The notes under the pieces were generated by a model that worked only from the letters and a program-made list of their open reading frames with translations, was not told the DNA's origin and made no database searches. Position numbers and translations under genes: made by a program. Positions 40,820 through 53,738 of a DNA stretch of 64,000 nt are shown piece by piece. Source of the stretch: the human T2T-CHM13v2.0 reference genome, Homo sapiens; NCBI RefSeq assembly GCF_009914755.1, contig NC_060932.1. The stretch is one strand, 5' to 3'. The stretch's first letter is position 1, and each line of letters begins with the position of its first letter.

Positions 40820-41013
40820 GAATGATACACAATATATAATACATATAACATAAAATATGTGTTAATCAAACTGTTTATGTTATCAATAAGGCTACCAGTC
40901 ATCACTAGGCTATTATTAGTTAAGTTTTTGGGGAGTCAAAAGTTTTATATGGATTTTCAACTGCACAAGGCGTTGACATCACTAACCTCTTGCATTGTTC
41001 AAGGGTCAAGTGT
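40820..41013 (+). mobile_element. Tigger2-like (TcMar) DNA transposon 3' end
   Basis: ggctattattagttaagtttttggggagtcaaaagtt...ttgttcaagggtcaagtg followed by TA. Confidence 0.75.
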
Positions 41014-41118
41014 ATTTGGATCTCTGCCTCTGAGATGTTTCATTCTTCTTTGCCAAAATAGGGCTGCTTCTGTGAAGGAAAAGAAATACTGCTCACCAAA
41101 AATTCATAGAAAAAATAA

Positions 41119-41416
41119 GGCTGGGTACAGTGGCTCTCACCTGTAATTCCAGCACTTCGGGAGGCTGAGGCAGGTGGATTGCATGAGACCAAGAGGCTAG
41201 GATGGGCAACATAGTAAGACCCCATCTCTAAAAAAAAAATTAAATTAAATTAAAAAAATAGCCAGATGTGGTGGTGCTTGCCTGTAGTCCCAGTTACTCA
41301 GGAGACTGAGGCAAGAGCATTGCTTGAGCTTTGCAGTTTGAGGCTGTAGTGAGCTATGACTGCACTACTACACTCTAGCCTGGGCAACAGAGGAAGACTC
41401 TGTTTCTTAAAAAAAT
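41119..41416 (+). mobile_element. AluJ
   Basis: Dimeric Alu with J-type gaggctgtagtgagctatga. The TSD-like flanks are aaaaaataag and aaaaaatagg. Confidence 0.9.
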
Positions 41417-41689
41417 AGGAAACATATAAGGGTCACAGTGTTGTAAGAAGGATAAAAGAACAACAGAAGGACAGGAAAAACTTAGTTTTGATTTAAGATG
41501 GCACAAAATAGCTTTAACATCTTACATTAAGTCATTTAAATTCTTTCAGTCTTAGTTATATCATTATGATTTCTGTGCTCTTATGTGACACACAATTTCA
41601 TTAGACAAGAATTCTTTTGAAATTGATGAACATGGCCAGAATTGGAGGGAGCAATGGGAAATGAAGATCCAGACTTCAAAGTCATAGAA

Positions 41690-41910
41690 GATTAGTAGCA
41701 AAGAGTTAAAAGTTCGAACTGACCTAGGCTCAAATTCTGGCTTTACAATATACCAGCAAATGACATTGGGAAAATTTCTCTGTGCCCATTTCCTCACAAA
41801 TTAAACTGAAGGTAATAACAGGTACCTAAACTGTGAATGTGGTGAATGTTAAATGTGATAATATGTGTTAATTGCTTAATGATGCCTGGTAACCAGGAAG
41901 GGCTCAAAAT
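41690..41910 (+). mobile_element. MIR SINE
   Basis: gacctaggctcaaattctggct...ctctgtgcccatttcctca...taaatgtgataatatgtg. Confidence 0.7.
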
Positions 41911-42610
41911 GAGGTAGAAAATACAGTGGAATATATCTATTCATATAAGAGACACAATTTTCTTTTTACTTTTTTCAAGTTATGTTTTTCCCCCAGATGG
42001 GGACAAAACAGGTTTTGAGCATGTTGGCAGAAAAAACACAAGTAAATATGGTAGTGATATAGCAAGACACAGTAGACACAGCATTTCACAGCAGGAAGAA
42101 CGGAAGACACAAGAATTGAGCAAGCAAAAGAGGAATATTATTCAGACATGGAACTTGTCAGTGCAATGGCTAAAAATACTGTGGGTTAATCAAAGAAACT
42201 GAGTTGTTCTGTGGGCTAGAAACCCTATGATTTATAAAACACAGTACATCATCTGTCAATGGCTGTTCTGTATATAACCTATGGTCTCTCTATTTCCAGA
42301 ATTACCCTGATTTTCTAGCCTCATTGGGGCTACTGATTGAGCTTTGTGAATGTTTTTCTGTGAGCATCTTGAGTGAAGAATCACTTAGACCACATTGTCA
42401 CTGCTTCCCCAAACTCAAAATTATGTTCAGGGTTGACAACATCTGTACTTTTGTAGCCCTCTCATGGGTTGACATTTTGTCAAACTCTCATGGGTAGACA
42501 AAATCCCCCATCTGCATGCAGTGTTTAAGTTAATGTGAGAAAATGAAGGTTTCAGAAAGGAGCAACAGTGTACCTGAAGACAAAACTTTGGACATGTTTT
42601 ATATTCATTC

Positions 42611-42833
42611 AGGGCCGTCATGTTTTCTTAGGACTGTCAGGGATAGCTTCACAGTCATGACTGTAATCTCTGTACCTAGCCCACAAACACTCCATTCTTT
42701 TAAAATGGTCAATTTGCTTTAAAAGTTACTAGTTTTTTGCCTCCTTCTACTGTGTGCCAAACACTATGTCAAGTGCCATGGCTGTAACGATAAATAAGAC
42801 ATGGTCTTTACACTTACGGAGCACACAGTTTCA
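42611..42833 (+). repeat. Copy 1 of a 223-bp local direct duplication (copy 2 at 44781-45003)
   Basis: Ungapped manual alignment at offset 2170 gives 33 mismatches in 223 bp (~85%). Confidence 0.9.
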
Positions 42834-44239
42834 ACACATAACATATTGCCATGTCCCAAGTTTTGTATTCAAGTACATGAAATCAGCCAAATTAGATAAT
42901 CAACAAATACTTATGAATTGCTTTTTATGTGCTGAATTAGATCATGATCCCTGGCCATAGTGGCAGTCCAGCAGTGAGGCACAGGAAGTGGTGTTTAGAG
43001 GGAAAGAGTGACCTAATGATGACAAGTTGAGATGATGGAGACAAATTCCCTACCTTCCAGAAGGAAGGTAGATGATGGGGGAGAAAGAAGTGGAAGAGGA
43101 ATGATTCTATGCTGTAATGGTTATAAGCACTGGTACAACTGTGGTGGGGTGAGCACCCCACCATGAGCATGCTCAGAAGCCCCCTGCTGCAGACACACTC
43201 AGGCTCCCCTGCCAGTCAACGAAAGCTGACGAAGGCCATGCCAGGCTGGGTGGACTCAGATTCAGGTTCTTGGCTGTGAGTCTCCAGGGGCCTGACATCT
43301 GCCTCTGGCCAGACAAGAAGCTGATGGTGCCCTTGTGGCCCCATTCGTAAAACGAATTTTGCTCAGAGTCTAGTAGGTTTCATTAAACTTTTGAAACACC
43401 AGTACTTAGACTTCAAAAGAACGCCTCAGGGCTCTGGTCTCCTTCCTGTGCACTTAGCACATCTGATTTTGCCTTATTCTCCTGGTAAAGTTTTTGTTAA
43501 AGTTAGTTGTTAGCATGAGTAACATCATGAAGAAGTGGCACAAAAGCATGCAAAACTTGTCTGGGCTCAAAATATATCACAGACAAATTCTATTCAAAGT
43601 GGTGGTTTTCATGGTCACATTATTCTATAATCATTTACTGTCTTAGACTAGTGGGTCTGGTCTTCCACCTTGACTTTGTGTACTCTCATTCCACACAAAC
43701 ACTCATAGGCATAGAGTGCAGGTGGCCCCATGTCAGGTCCTAGGAGTGTCCCTGTATGAGCCATCCCATGTGGACACACACAAAGGAGTTGGGAGGAGAT
43801 GAAAGTCCTGCCTTTTTGGTAAAAGGCACATTTGATCTTTCACAACTACCACAGAGGACAAGGCAGGTTTCCTGGAAGAAGCACATGGGAGGGAAAAGGA
43901 AAATTAGAAGGCTTCATCTGAGAAGTTGAGGCTAAGCTTGAATTCCTAATTGCCAGAGGTCGTTTCCAAGAAGCATGTCTGTCTGTGGTGTACCAGCTTT
44001 CAGCTGGGTGGCTCCTAGATCATGTCTCTTTCGTCAACCAGGCTGATGGCACCAGCACCAGTAGCTTCCTTCCAGGAATGCATTGCCCATCCTCTCTGGT
44101 TTTCTGTTGAGTTGGCCTGGCCCTGCTTAAGAGAAAAATAATTGGTATTCTTTCCTCCTGTGTCGGGCAGTAATTTCCTTTTGAGCCATCCCTTACAACA
44201 GGGCCAGCCCTCTGCAAAATTATGCAGTAGACAGTTTGC

Positions 44240-44694
44240 TTTTTTTTTTTTAAGTACAATTTCCATTTTATTTTTCTCCAGAGAATAGTCTATCTTCAGT
44301 CTTTAAGAACTCAGCTCCTTACATGGGCTTTGGTGGGGGACGTGGGGCAGCACCCACAGGTCTAAATCAAGGTGGGGGTGTTCGGTCCTTGCGGGCTTCA
44401 TGAGATCGATTCCTGACTACTTTGCTGGGAATTGCACAACTCACACAGTAAGGTAGCTTCACATACAGCTTGGGAAGCTCATTGGCATCGAAGACGCTCG
44501 CTTCAGAAATGTCCCTGATTGCTGCGGCCTCCACTATGTTTCGAATGATGAATTTCTTAATGGCCTTGTCCTTGGGCATGCATCGGGCACAGTTAGTGCA
44601 GCGAATAGGCTGCACGTGGCCGCGGCCCTTTTTGGTGTGACCGTTGTTCCTTCTTTTCTTTGTCATCTTGGAGGTACGGACCGAAGAGAGGAGT
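44240..44694 (-). pseudogene. RPS26: Processed pseudogene of 40S ribosomal protein S26 (eS26)
   Basis: Intronless CDS 44666-44319 reads [29 protein letters not shown]..., with a premature CGA>TGA at 44367-44369. It has a pyrimidine 5' leader, AATAAA (44267-44272) and poly(A) (T run 44240-44251). The TSD gac(a/t)gtttgctttt lies at 44230-44243 and 44695-44708 at a TT/AAAA site. Confidence 0.97.
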
Positions 44695-44780
44695 GACTGT
44701 TTGCTTTTAAGCATTTAATTTTTTTCTTTTTTCTGGTGACCATCAGCCACATTAGCCTTCTCCCATTGGCCCAAACTTTC

Positions 44781-45003
44781 AGGACCATTGTTTTTTCTTA
44801 GGACAGTCAGGGATAGCTTCACAGTCATGACTATGGTACCTGTATCCAGCTCACAAACACTCCTTCCTTTTAAAATTGTTGATTTGTTTTAAAAGTTACC
44901 AGTTTTTTGCCTCATTCTACCATGTGCCAAACACTATGCCAGGTGCCATGGCTACAACAACAAATAAGACATGGTCTCTACACTTACAGAACACACAGTT
45001 TCA
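44781..45003 (+). repeat. Copy 2 of the 223-bp direct duplication; runs on into an L2 element
   Basis: See copy 1. The L2 tail motif ctaccatgtgccaaacactatgccagg...ataagacatggtc continues into L2-like sequence to ~45520. Confidence 0.9.
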
Positions 45004-46589
45004 TGAGACAAATAGGCAAGAATATCCAGTGTCACAACAAAGCTCCAACGGCATGAGACAGCATAAAACGTTGGAAGAAATGTCACTGTGGCATAGCATG
45101 GATAGCCCCTAAAGACAGAGGATTGTTCTGGAAAGGCCATTAAGGAAGCATCCTGTAAGGATAGGGATATGTGTAAGCCTTATTCCGAGGGCTGTGGGAG
45201 ACCCCAAAGAAAGATATGCAAGAAGATGATGAGAACAGATTTGCAGGTTAGCAAATTGTCTCTTTAAAGCATAGTCAGGAGACAAGACCACTTAGTTCAT
45301 ATCAGAAATCCAGATGAGGAATTGGATGGCCTAGGATGAAGTAGTGGTAGTGTGGATAGAGAGGAGAGGACAGATTTGAGAGATATTTAGGAAACAGACA
45401 TTGCCTGTATTGGTAATTTCTTATGCCAAAGCTTGGAGAGATGGTGAAAGAGATAGAGGAGTCTTGAATGGCTCTAAGAATTATGTCACAGGTGAGGGCA
45501 TGGTGATGTCTTCCCAGAAACATGGTATGCACTAAATGGAATTGATTGAAGTCTGTTATTTTGATGGTAGTGGGTATAGATAGGGCTTAACTCAAACTCC
45601 CAAATTTATTAATCACTTCATATATTACTTTCTTATCAAAATGGCATTAAATTGATTTCATTAAGTTAAAATGTCTCTTTTTTATACCATTAAAGAATTT
45701 AGATAATGCTGGCAGTTTTAGAGACCATGAAAAATCAATTGAAGAAATGTTCTTTCATTGGCTGGGTGCTTGGGTGGAGCAGAGTGTGGAGCTGCCTGGA
45801 AGAATTTGCATAATCTGGTCTCTGGCCATTAGGTTTAGATGTGACCGTCACCCTCCCTGCACACTTAATTTTTCTCTCACTTTTTTTCTCCAATTTCTTT
45901 CCCCTCCAGCCTTAAATTTGTTATTTTATTCCTTCCTATTCCAGCATTGCCAAACTCTCCTCTCTGTACAATGTGCTCTGGCTACAGCACAACCTCCCAG
46001 CTTTGTGTATTTGTAAAATAAAAGGAAAAGAATGGGCACTTCTTTTTCATGGATGCAGGATTCAGACAGAATCAACATTGCTACCACAGAAGACATTTGG
46101 GGTAACAGGTGGCTGCTGAACCAAATAAGAATTCCCATAGCCCTGCTATTTCCCAGGCAGATAAGCTCAATAGTGTTTGACAGAGCTAGGGAAACAGGAC
46201 ACTTGGGAAATAAAAAAGCTTTTTATATGTTAAAAAAAATCTTTGTGTCCCCTGGTTCTTTTATTTCTGTCAAAGCAACCCTTAAATACTCATTTTTCTT
46301 TCTCTCCTATTTCTTGATCTGTAGGTAGTAGGTAAAAGCCTGAATTCCCAAATATCCTACTCCTACAAAAGTTATATATATTTTATATATATATATATCC
46401 CTCAAGGGGTCTTTTGAAATGCCTAAAATAATTTATTTGCTTATACAATTGGAAAAAGCTGGTTTTAGAACCAGGCAAATTGAGTAGGAGACTTACTTCT
46501 AATGGCACTAAAACCTTCTAAAATAAATTCTGAGAAAATTGCCTTCATTTAGGAGGTAAACTAAAAGACATCTATCACCACCACCTGAG

Positions 46590-47440
46590 GAAATTCCCCA
46601 GGCCCTTGACCTTCCCTGAAATTCCTATTGTGGCAGCTCCTGCATCTCTGATTCTGGCAGCTGCCTGATTCTTGAATTGTTCTTTGCTCAATTAAACTCT
46701 GTTAAAGTTAATTTGTCTAATGTTTTCCTTCTTAGAGAAGATGTCAGAGTGAGATTTGCAATAGACTCCCAGCAGCCCCCAGGAGCACCAAGTGAGATGC
46801 CTGCCAGGCCCACTGTGTCCACTGCCCTCTGGTAGCACCTGAGGATCATGGGTAAGTTCTCTGATTCCAAAGCTGCATGGATTTGTATTTTGAGCTTTCC
46901 AAGTTTGAGGAAATTTTGGATCTAAACTGGGTTCAGCAGTCATGACAGAAATTGGACTGGGTCCAAGATTGTACTGGATCTGATCATTAACTAGATTGGA
47001 TCCATTTAGAGGCCTCAGATGCCTGACTGGATCAAACAGAAACTGGAAGTAAATGGCAATACTGCAAGGGCTGGGAACTCTGGCTTTAGGAAATTCATGG
47101 GATTTTTGTGTTCTGTCCTCTTTCTATCTTTTTTTCTAATGTGCTTAGGTAGGGAAAATCATTGGTTAAGTTGATCAAGGGTATCTGAGGGTCAAAGTCC
47201 AGATTCAACATAAAAATGAGACCCCTTAATTTCTGAAGAACTGAATACTCCACCTTCTGGCTATGCCTGCATTTACATGTATAAGTATTAGGCCCTGGAA
47301 GCAGCAAACACTTAGAAAAATGGCAAAATCTTACTAACGGTAACTTTAAACTATGGTAGAACAGTCCTAGTGAATAACACTGTACTTTAAGCAGTGCATT
47401 TAAAAGTGAGGGCTAATGAATTAGACTCACTCTAGGATGT
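46590..47440 (+). mobile_element. ERV1 MER4-group LTR 3' part plus adjacent internal fragment
   Basis: The LTR end ttctttgctcaattaaactctgttaaagttaatttgtctaa is followed by a degenerate primer-binding site (gatgtcagagtgagat) and MER4-group-like leader sequence. Confidence 0.6.
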
Positions 47441-48538
47441 GAGGGAAAAGAGATAGCAATAGACTCTTCTCAGGCATTAAAGAAGAAATAGCAATGAATG
47501 TGAATAGAAAAATGTTCAATAAACAATGTGGAACCAGAAATCTTGCAAGTTTTGTAGCTTAAATATAACAGCGAGACAAATACTTTCACCATTCATATGA
47601 TCAGATATCTAGCTGCCTAGCGCTCTTCATCATGTGGTGGGAAGAGCATATCCACTTGTTATGCAATGGACCTAGGAAGTGGTTTCAGATTGGTTTTGGC
47701 ATCTTTGAGATGGTTTTGGATAAGATTCTGTTATGAAAGCTAAACACAAGTAATGATTGCATGCTATAAGAACAGCCTGAATTCATTGGCTGTTCAATCC
47801 CCTAAACCCACACGGAAATCCTGCAGGGCAATTGATGTCAGAGACAATTTAGAAAGAAAAGGATAAGCGTTAGCTACTGAAAACTATGGAAATGGCTTTG
47901 GGTCTCAATTCTGCTGATGAGCAACACAATTGCTATGATAACTGACAATGCTCAGTTCAGCTTGGCAGAGACACAGACCTTGGATGACTTTATCCAAGTA
48001 ACATGCCAGGAACCCCCCCACCAAAAAAAATCAAATGACATAATAGGGGGTAAGCATAGGAGAGAGAGGTCACAAGAACCTTACTCCAATGGAGTTAAAA
48101 GTCGGGAGAGATATCCTGTTTGCCCACTCAAATTTTCTAGCTGAGACTGAAAACCAGTGAATTCATCAAATGTTTTATAAAATAATAAAATTCAGTAACC
48201 AATAATAGCTGGTAATTGAGTTGGAGAAAGAAGAGGGCATATTCATTTAAAAGAAAATTTTGCAGAAATTCTTTGTTCTTCTTAAATTTTATCAAAATTA
48301 CCAGCACAATAAAATAATAAGACTGGTTTTCTTAAAAGCAATGACTACCTATTTTCAACTTTGTATTCTCAGCACCCAGGACAGTTTCTGGCATAGAATA
48401 GGTGCTCAATAAATGTCTGTGAGTGGAATGATATGTGATCAAATGGCTACATTTATACACAGACACCCACGTATCACATTCACAATATTCACATGATAAT
48501 ACCTACAGTAATATAAACTTTGTCTACTCATTATTTAT

Positions 48539-49007
48539 GACCAAAAATCAGCAAGGTTTTTCTGTAAGAGTCCAGATATCAAATATCTTAAGCACCTCAG
48601 GATAAAAGACAAAATTGAGAATATTATGTAGGTGATTATATAGCAAATATACAGCAAAAAAAGATTTTTATTGATGGAATTCAAAGTATAATAATAATCA
48701 CATACACATTTCTGTAACGGGAAGATAAGAATGGAACTCTTTGGGGGGAAAACATTTTATTTAATCTGGGTTTAAACTGATCAAAAATGTTTTTGCAAAT
48801 GTTATCTGTTAATGCTGATTTGTAATGAGATTTTAGTTATTTCATTTAGAATTTTAATTTTATATGTTTTGCATGTCATGCAATACTATTAGTCATTTAA
48901 CTTTTTTCTCCCATTTATAGCTGTAAAAGTAATTCTTAGCTCTCAGGCCATGTAAATACAGGTGACAGAGTGAATTTAGTTCATTGGCAGCATTTTGCTA
49001 ATCCCTC
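48539..49007 (+). mobile_element. MER58-family hAT-Charlie element
   Basis: tcagcaaggttttttctgtaagagtccagata...attcttagctctcaggccatgtaaatacagg...tttgctaatccct. Confidence 0.65.
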
Positions 49008-49659
49008 ATCTATAAATACTTGGTTATGAAAAGCATTTGATTGGTTTATTTATTGATTGATTTTTGAACCTGTCATGTAAGTAAATGGAATTAGGAACGT
49101 TGTATATAATTACACTATTTGCAATATCTCATGTACCAGAAAAGTCCCCATATTTGAGAATTTGCTTTGTTTTTAAAACAATGCTTTCATGCGGGAACTG
49201 GTCTGAGAACCACGAAAAAAAAATCATCTTGGTAACCGATTGATTAACCTTGTAGCTTTGCCCCTAAACTGAGTATGATTCTTAGCAAGATTGGGTAGAG
49301 GGCAAGAATTTCACAAGAACTTTCCCTGGGATAAAAATACAATGACAAGGACAGAATCCTAAGGAACTGCCAAGTTCACTAGATGACCAAATTTGAAGCT
49401 ATTTTTTCACATTGTCCTTTGGTCGGAAATACTTGAAATGCTTCTGTGTGTTGTAAGCCTTATTCCCCACTGTCACTTCCAGGCTGTCTCTCTTCCTTCC
49501 TCCCTCAAAACCCCAGATTCTTTGATGTGCATGTCATAGACTTCATTATCCATTACCCTTCCTTGTTGTTTTCATATCTCTCCCTCCAAATGTCTTCTCC
49601 TCATTGTGTTCTCATCACCTGGATTCACCTATGCCACTGTCAATCACTGCATAGGATGG

Positions 49660-50130
49660 TGCTTCAGGACAGAGAATCTGGAAGCAGACTGATTTGATTA
49701 AAAGCATGTCTGTGTCACTTACTAGCTATGCTCTGTCGCTTGAATTATGAAATGAGTATAACAATAGTACCTACCTGTAAGGACACTGTGATAATTAAAT
49801 GAGATTTTAAAAAAAGATAAGTGCTTAGAACAGTTCCTGTTATAGAGTGAATACTTAACATATTCAATAACTTCACCATTTAAAAATAAAGTAATAAATA
49901 CATGATATAAATGCAAATAGTACCAACACTTACTGAATGCTTACGATATGCTAGGCACTGTCGAAAGCATTTTACATAATGAACATTTTTAGATTTCACA
50001 ACAACCCTATGAATTGGTTTATATTATTATCCTCCTTTTTAAGAAGAAGAAACCAAGAACTATAGATGTGAACTACCTTATCCAAGGTTAACAGCAAATA
50101 AGTGATGAATCCAAGAAGTGAATAGTCCAT
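49660..50130. mobile_element. Two MIR elements in opposite orientation
   Basis: cacttactagctatg...aatagtacctacc...taattaaatgaga, followed by tgctaggcactg...cacaacaaccctatga. Confidence 0.7.
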
Positions 50131-50149
50131 CCCACTTCCTGGTGTCCCA

Positions 50150-51230
50150 ACTATTTTTAGCTTCAACTATCTTTTTCTGCATTCTAGTTCAGCCATTTTG
50201 TCATCATCAATAGTTATAGCACCTTCAACATTTTAATTCCAACCCTCTTCTCTGACCATCTTCTGCACACCTTCAATTTTTCAGTGACGTCCTTTTATAT
50301 TCCCCAAACAAACATTCTTTGACCTCATTCAAACTTTAAACCCATTGACCTGACTCCTTTTCACCATCTGTCACCTCTATTCAGTTCTTACATCTCTTTC
50401 CCCTGTGCAGCCTAAAATTTTCATGGGCTAGTTCTGTAACACTCTTTTAAAAGCACCCTTAACTCCTTTTCTTCATCTTCCCTCCATTATACTATTTATC
50501 TGGCAAAACCCCAAACTCACCCAACCAAATTATCCACTTCTTCTGTGCCAATGCTATAACAGTAAAAATATTGCTAAAAATCTCAATGTTACTAGGCTTC
50601 CTCATAATATTTCTCAAGAAAATGCACTTCCTTTCTCTATGAGATTCTCACACATTCTCCTCTCTCCCCAAATTGCAAACATCTCTATCTGCCTACTCTC
50701 TTTTCATAACACTGAAGCTCACTTTAGAAAGAAAAGAAATATAGTTGCATAAGAACTATCATTTTTTCCTACTAACAATTCAATCAATCTTTCAGCATTT
50801 GTATTCAGCTACTGACTTATCCCTTCTATTAAAAGGTTGTACATACTTCTGTTGCAAAGAGAAAACTCTTTATCAGTAACTTAAATCCTTTCCATCTCAT
50901 TTTCAGCAGGAGTTGGATCATGTAATATTCACATTTCCTACATCATTTTCTTTCCCTTTTCAGGATTATTCATATTGGCCTAGAAATATGCCACAATATC
51001 ACCTATCTTAAAAATAAAATTAAAACTAACTCAAACTTCTTTGACCCTATATTCTTCTCTGGAAACTATTGGATATATCTTTTTCCCATTTACATCAATA
51101 TCCCTTAAAATATAGTTTGTGTGTACTGTCTTTATTTCCTCATCTAATTTCTCTCCATGTTTGCTTTAATAGAATTTTAAATCTTACACTCTACTGAAAT
51201 TGTCTTTATAAAACTGTAGATAGATGCTGT
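50150..51230 (+). mobile_element. Degenerate L2 body
   Basis: Pyrimidine-rich L2 ORF-type sequence (ctctgaccatc, ctggcaaaaccccaaac, cactctactgaaattg). Confidence 0.5.
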
Positions 51231-52094
51231 TGGTTATTTATCCCAAAGATATTTTCACTCCCTTTCTTTTATTCTTCCTTCTCCTCTTGCTCTCCTCCTC
51301 CCTCTTCTTTTTCATTTTTGTTTTCTTCTACCCCTTCTTTTAGGTGAGACTTTATAATACTTGGACTTTTCTTCCATGTGATAAGTAAACATAACCAACC
51401 CCCTTCTCAGTCCTGTGGTATAAATTGTAATTGATCATAGCCAAACAGGGTAATTTTTCTTGCCAATCACTTGCCAACTTCAGTTGAAGAATAATCTAGG
51501 CCGGTGAGTATTGAGTGAAAGTCTGCTGGGGCACTTCTGGGTACTATCTAATAAAGAGACAAGGATGGAAGAAAACGTCCTTTGTGGGGGATGTGATCAT
51601 GCCTTCTGAACAATCCTGAGGTGAAGTGACTGTGACAGGTGTGCAAGAAGTACCATGAAGAAGAACGTGTTTCTGATAGATCATTCTGGAAAACTCTCAT
51701 GTTAGTCAGGCTAGGAGATTAATGGAATTTGGAATTGATGAGTAATAAGAAAAGAGATTAGAAAGGCTGAGGCAAGGTTTCTTAATGAGTTTCAACTAGT
51801 TGGTCTCCAGGATGCTTATTTAAATAATCTTGGTCACTTTTCAAACAATGCTTTTGATTGCTACTCTCAAAGCAGCATTCTTTTCTTTTCTTTTTTTTTT
51901 TTTTTTTTGTTATTTGACATGTGCCATTAACAGAGATGGTAGGACACAGAAAATGAAGAAAATAAAACTTAGGAGTCAGCTGTTTGAGAAGTGAGGAATA
52001 TAAATATATAACCACTCTTTCTATCCCTGTAAGAGGAGAAAAAAGCAAGTTATGATGTTGGTTTCAACGCAATATAGGAAATCATCATGTTTTT

Positions 52095-52947
52095 TGTTTA
52101 TTAATACACTTTTTTTAGAGCTGTTGTAGTTCACAGCAAAATTAAGCAGAAAGTACAGAGAGTTCCTATATTCCTCCTTTCTCCCACACATACACAACCA
52201 TTTCTATTGTCAATATTCTACACCAGAGTGGCACATTTGTTAAAATCTTTCTTCACTTAGTAATATGCGTTTAAGTCTCCTGCATGTTTTTCATGGTTTG
52301 ATAACTCATTTCTTTTTAGTGCTGAATAATATTCTATTGTCTGGATGTACCACAGTATCCACTCACCTACTGAAGGAAATTTTCATTGCTTCCAAATTTT
52401 GTCAATTATGAGAAAAAGTGTTATAAACATCTACGTGCAGGTTTTTCTGTAGACACATATTTTAAAATTCTTTTGGGTAAGTCCCAAGGCGTGTGATTGC
52501 TGGATTGTATGGTAAGAGTATGTTTAGTTTTTGTAAGAACCTGACAAACTTTCCTCCAAGATGGCTGTACCATTTTGTATTCCAACCAGTAACTAATGAG
52601 AGTTCCTCTTGCTCCACATCCTTGCCAGCATTTGGTATGGTAAGTGTTTTGGATTTTGGCAACTATAAGAGGTGTGTAGTTGTATATTGTTGTTATTCAA
52701 ATTTTCAGTTCCCTAATGACATATGATATTGAACATCTTTTCCTATGTTTACTTGCCATCTGTACATATTCCTTAGTGAGGTGGCTCTTTAGGGCTTTTG
52801 CTAATTTTTAAATTGGGTTCATTTTCTTATTGTGGAGTTTTAAGAGTTATTTGTATGTTTGGACAGAGGTCCTTTATTAGAAGTGTCTTTTGCAATATTT
52901 TCTCTTGGTCTGTGGCTTGTCATCCCATTCTCTTGACATTGTCTTTC
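52095..52947 (-). mobile_element. L1MC1/2-like 3' fragment
   Basis: ttcacagcaaaattaagcagaaagtacagagagttcc...cacttagtaatatgcgtttaag...ctccacatccttgccagcatttgg. Confidence 0.8.
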
Positions 52948-53687
52948 CAATTCCTGTATTTTAAAGTGAAAATGTAACAATTTATTTTTATGCACTTGCA
53001 TTGACATACCTCAGGTTTAAGGGCATCTCAAAGCCATTTGTAAACTTCATCATTGCTCCATCATCTGACTCTGATTCTCTGGATAATAAGTGTCTTTGGG
53101 CCAACCAATCCAGGCAGTCAATCCAGATGGTCCCTAAGGTATTACAATGTCTTTCATTCAATATATTTGCCAAAATTAGAGCAAGTAAAAATATGCTCGT
53201 GTTGAAGGAAATCTAGCCCTAAATGAGGTAAAAAAAGACAAAGTTCTAACACCTGTCTTTTAAATCTATATTAACATGACACAAGTATGAAATGAATCAA
53301 CTTTATCTCCTCCTGCCACAACAAAGAGAAATACAAGTTACCTACTTTATACTGATAACCTTGTCATATTGTCTAAGCGTAAACTTAGGAAGCAGTATGG
53401 GTCTTTTGGCATATTATGTCTGTAAAGAACAACTCAGCATAAAATTCTGCGAAACAAAACATTATTGTATTTGGTAGACATTCAATCTTAAATATCCTCA
53501 GGCAACAAGTCAATTTATTATGTCTTTTGTAGGGATTCAGTCACTTTCAGCACACAGTGGATTTATTCAGGGATGCATTTTACTCTTAATTCATTTTGAT
53601 GGCTTCTTGGGATCTAGTTTTTAAAATGAGATGTTTGCTAGTTTTATGTTTTATATATCGATTGTCTTTTATAGATGAGACAGATGG

Positions 53688-53738
53688 CCACACACACATG
53701 CACCTGCGTACATACACATGCACGTGCACACACATGCA
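53688..53738. repeat. Alternating purine-pyrimidine (CA/TG-rich) tract
   Basis: cacacacacatgcacctgcgtacatacacatgcacgtgcacacacatgca. Confidence 0.7.
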
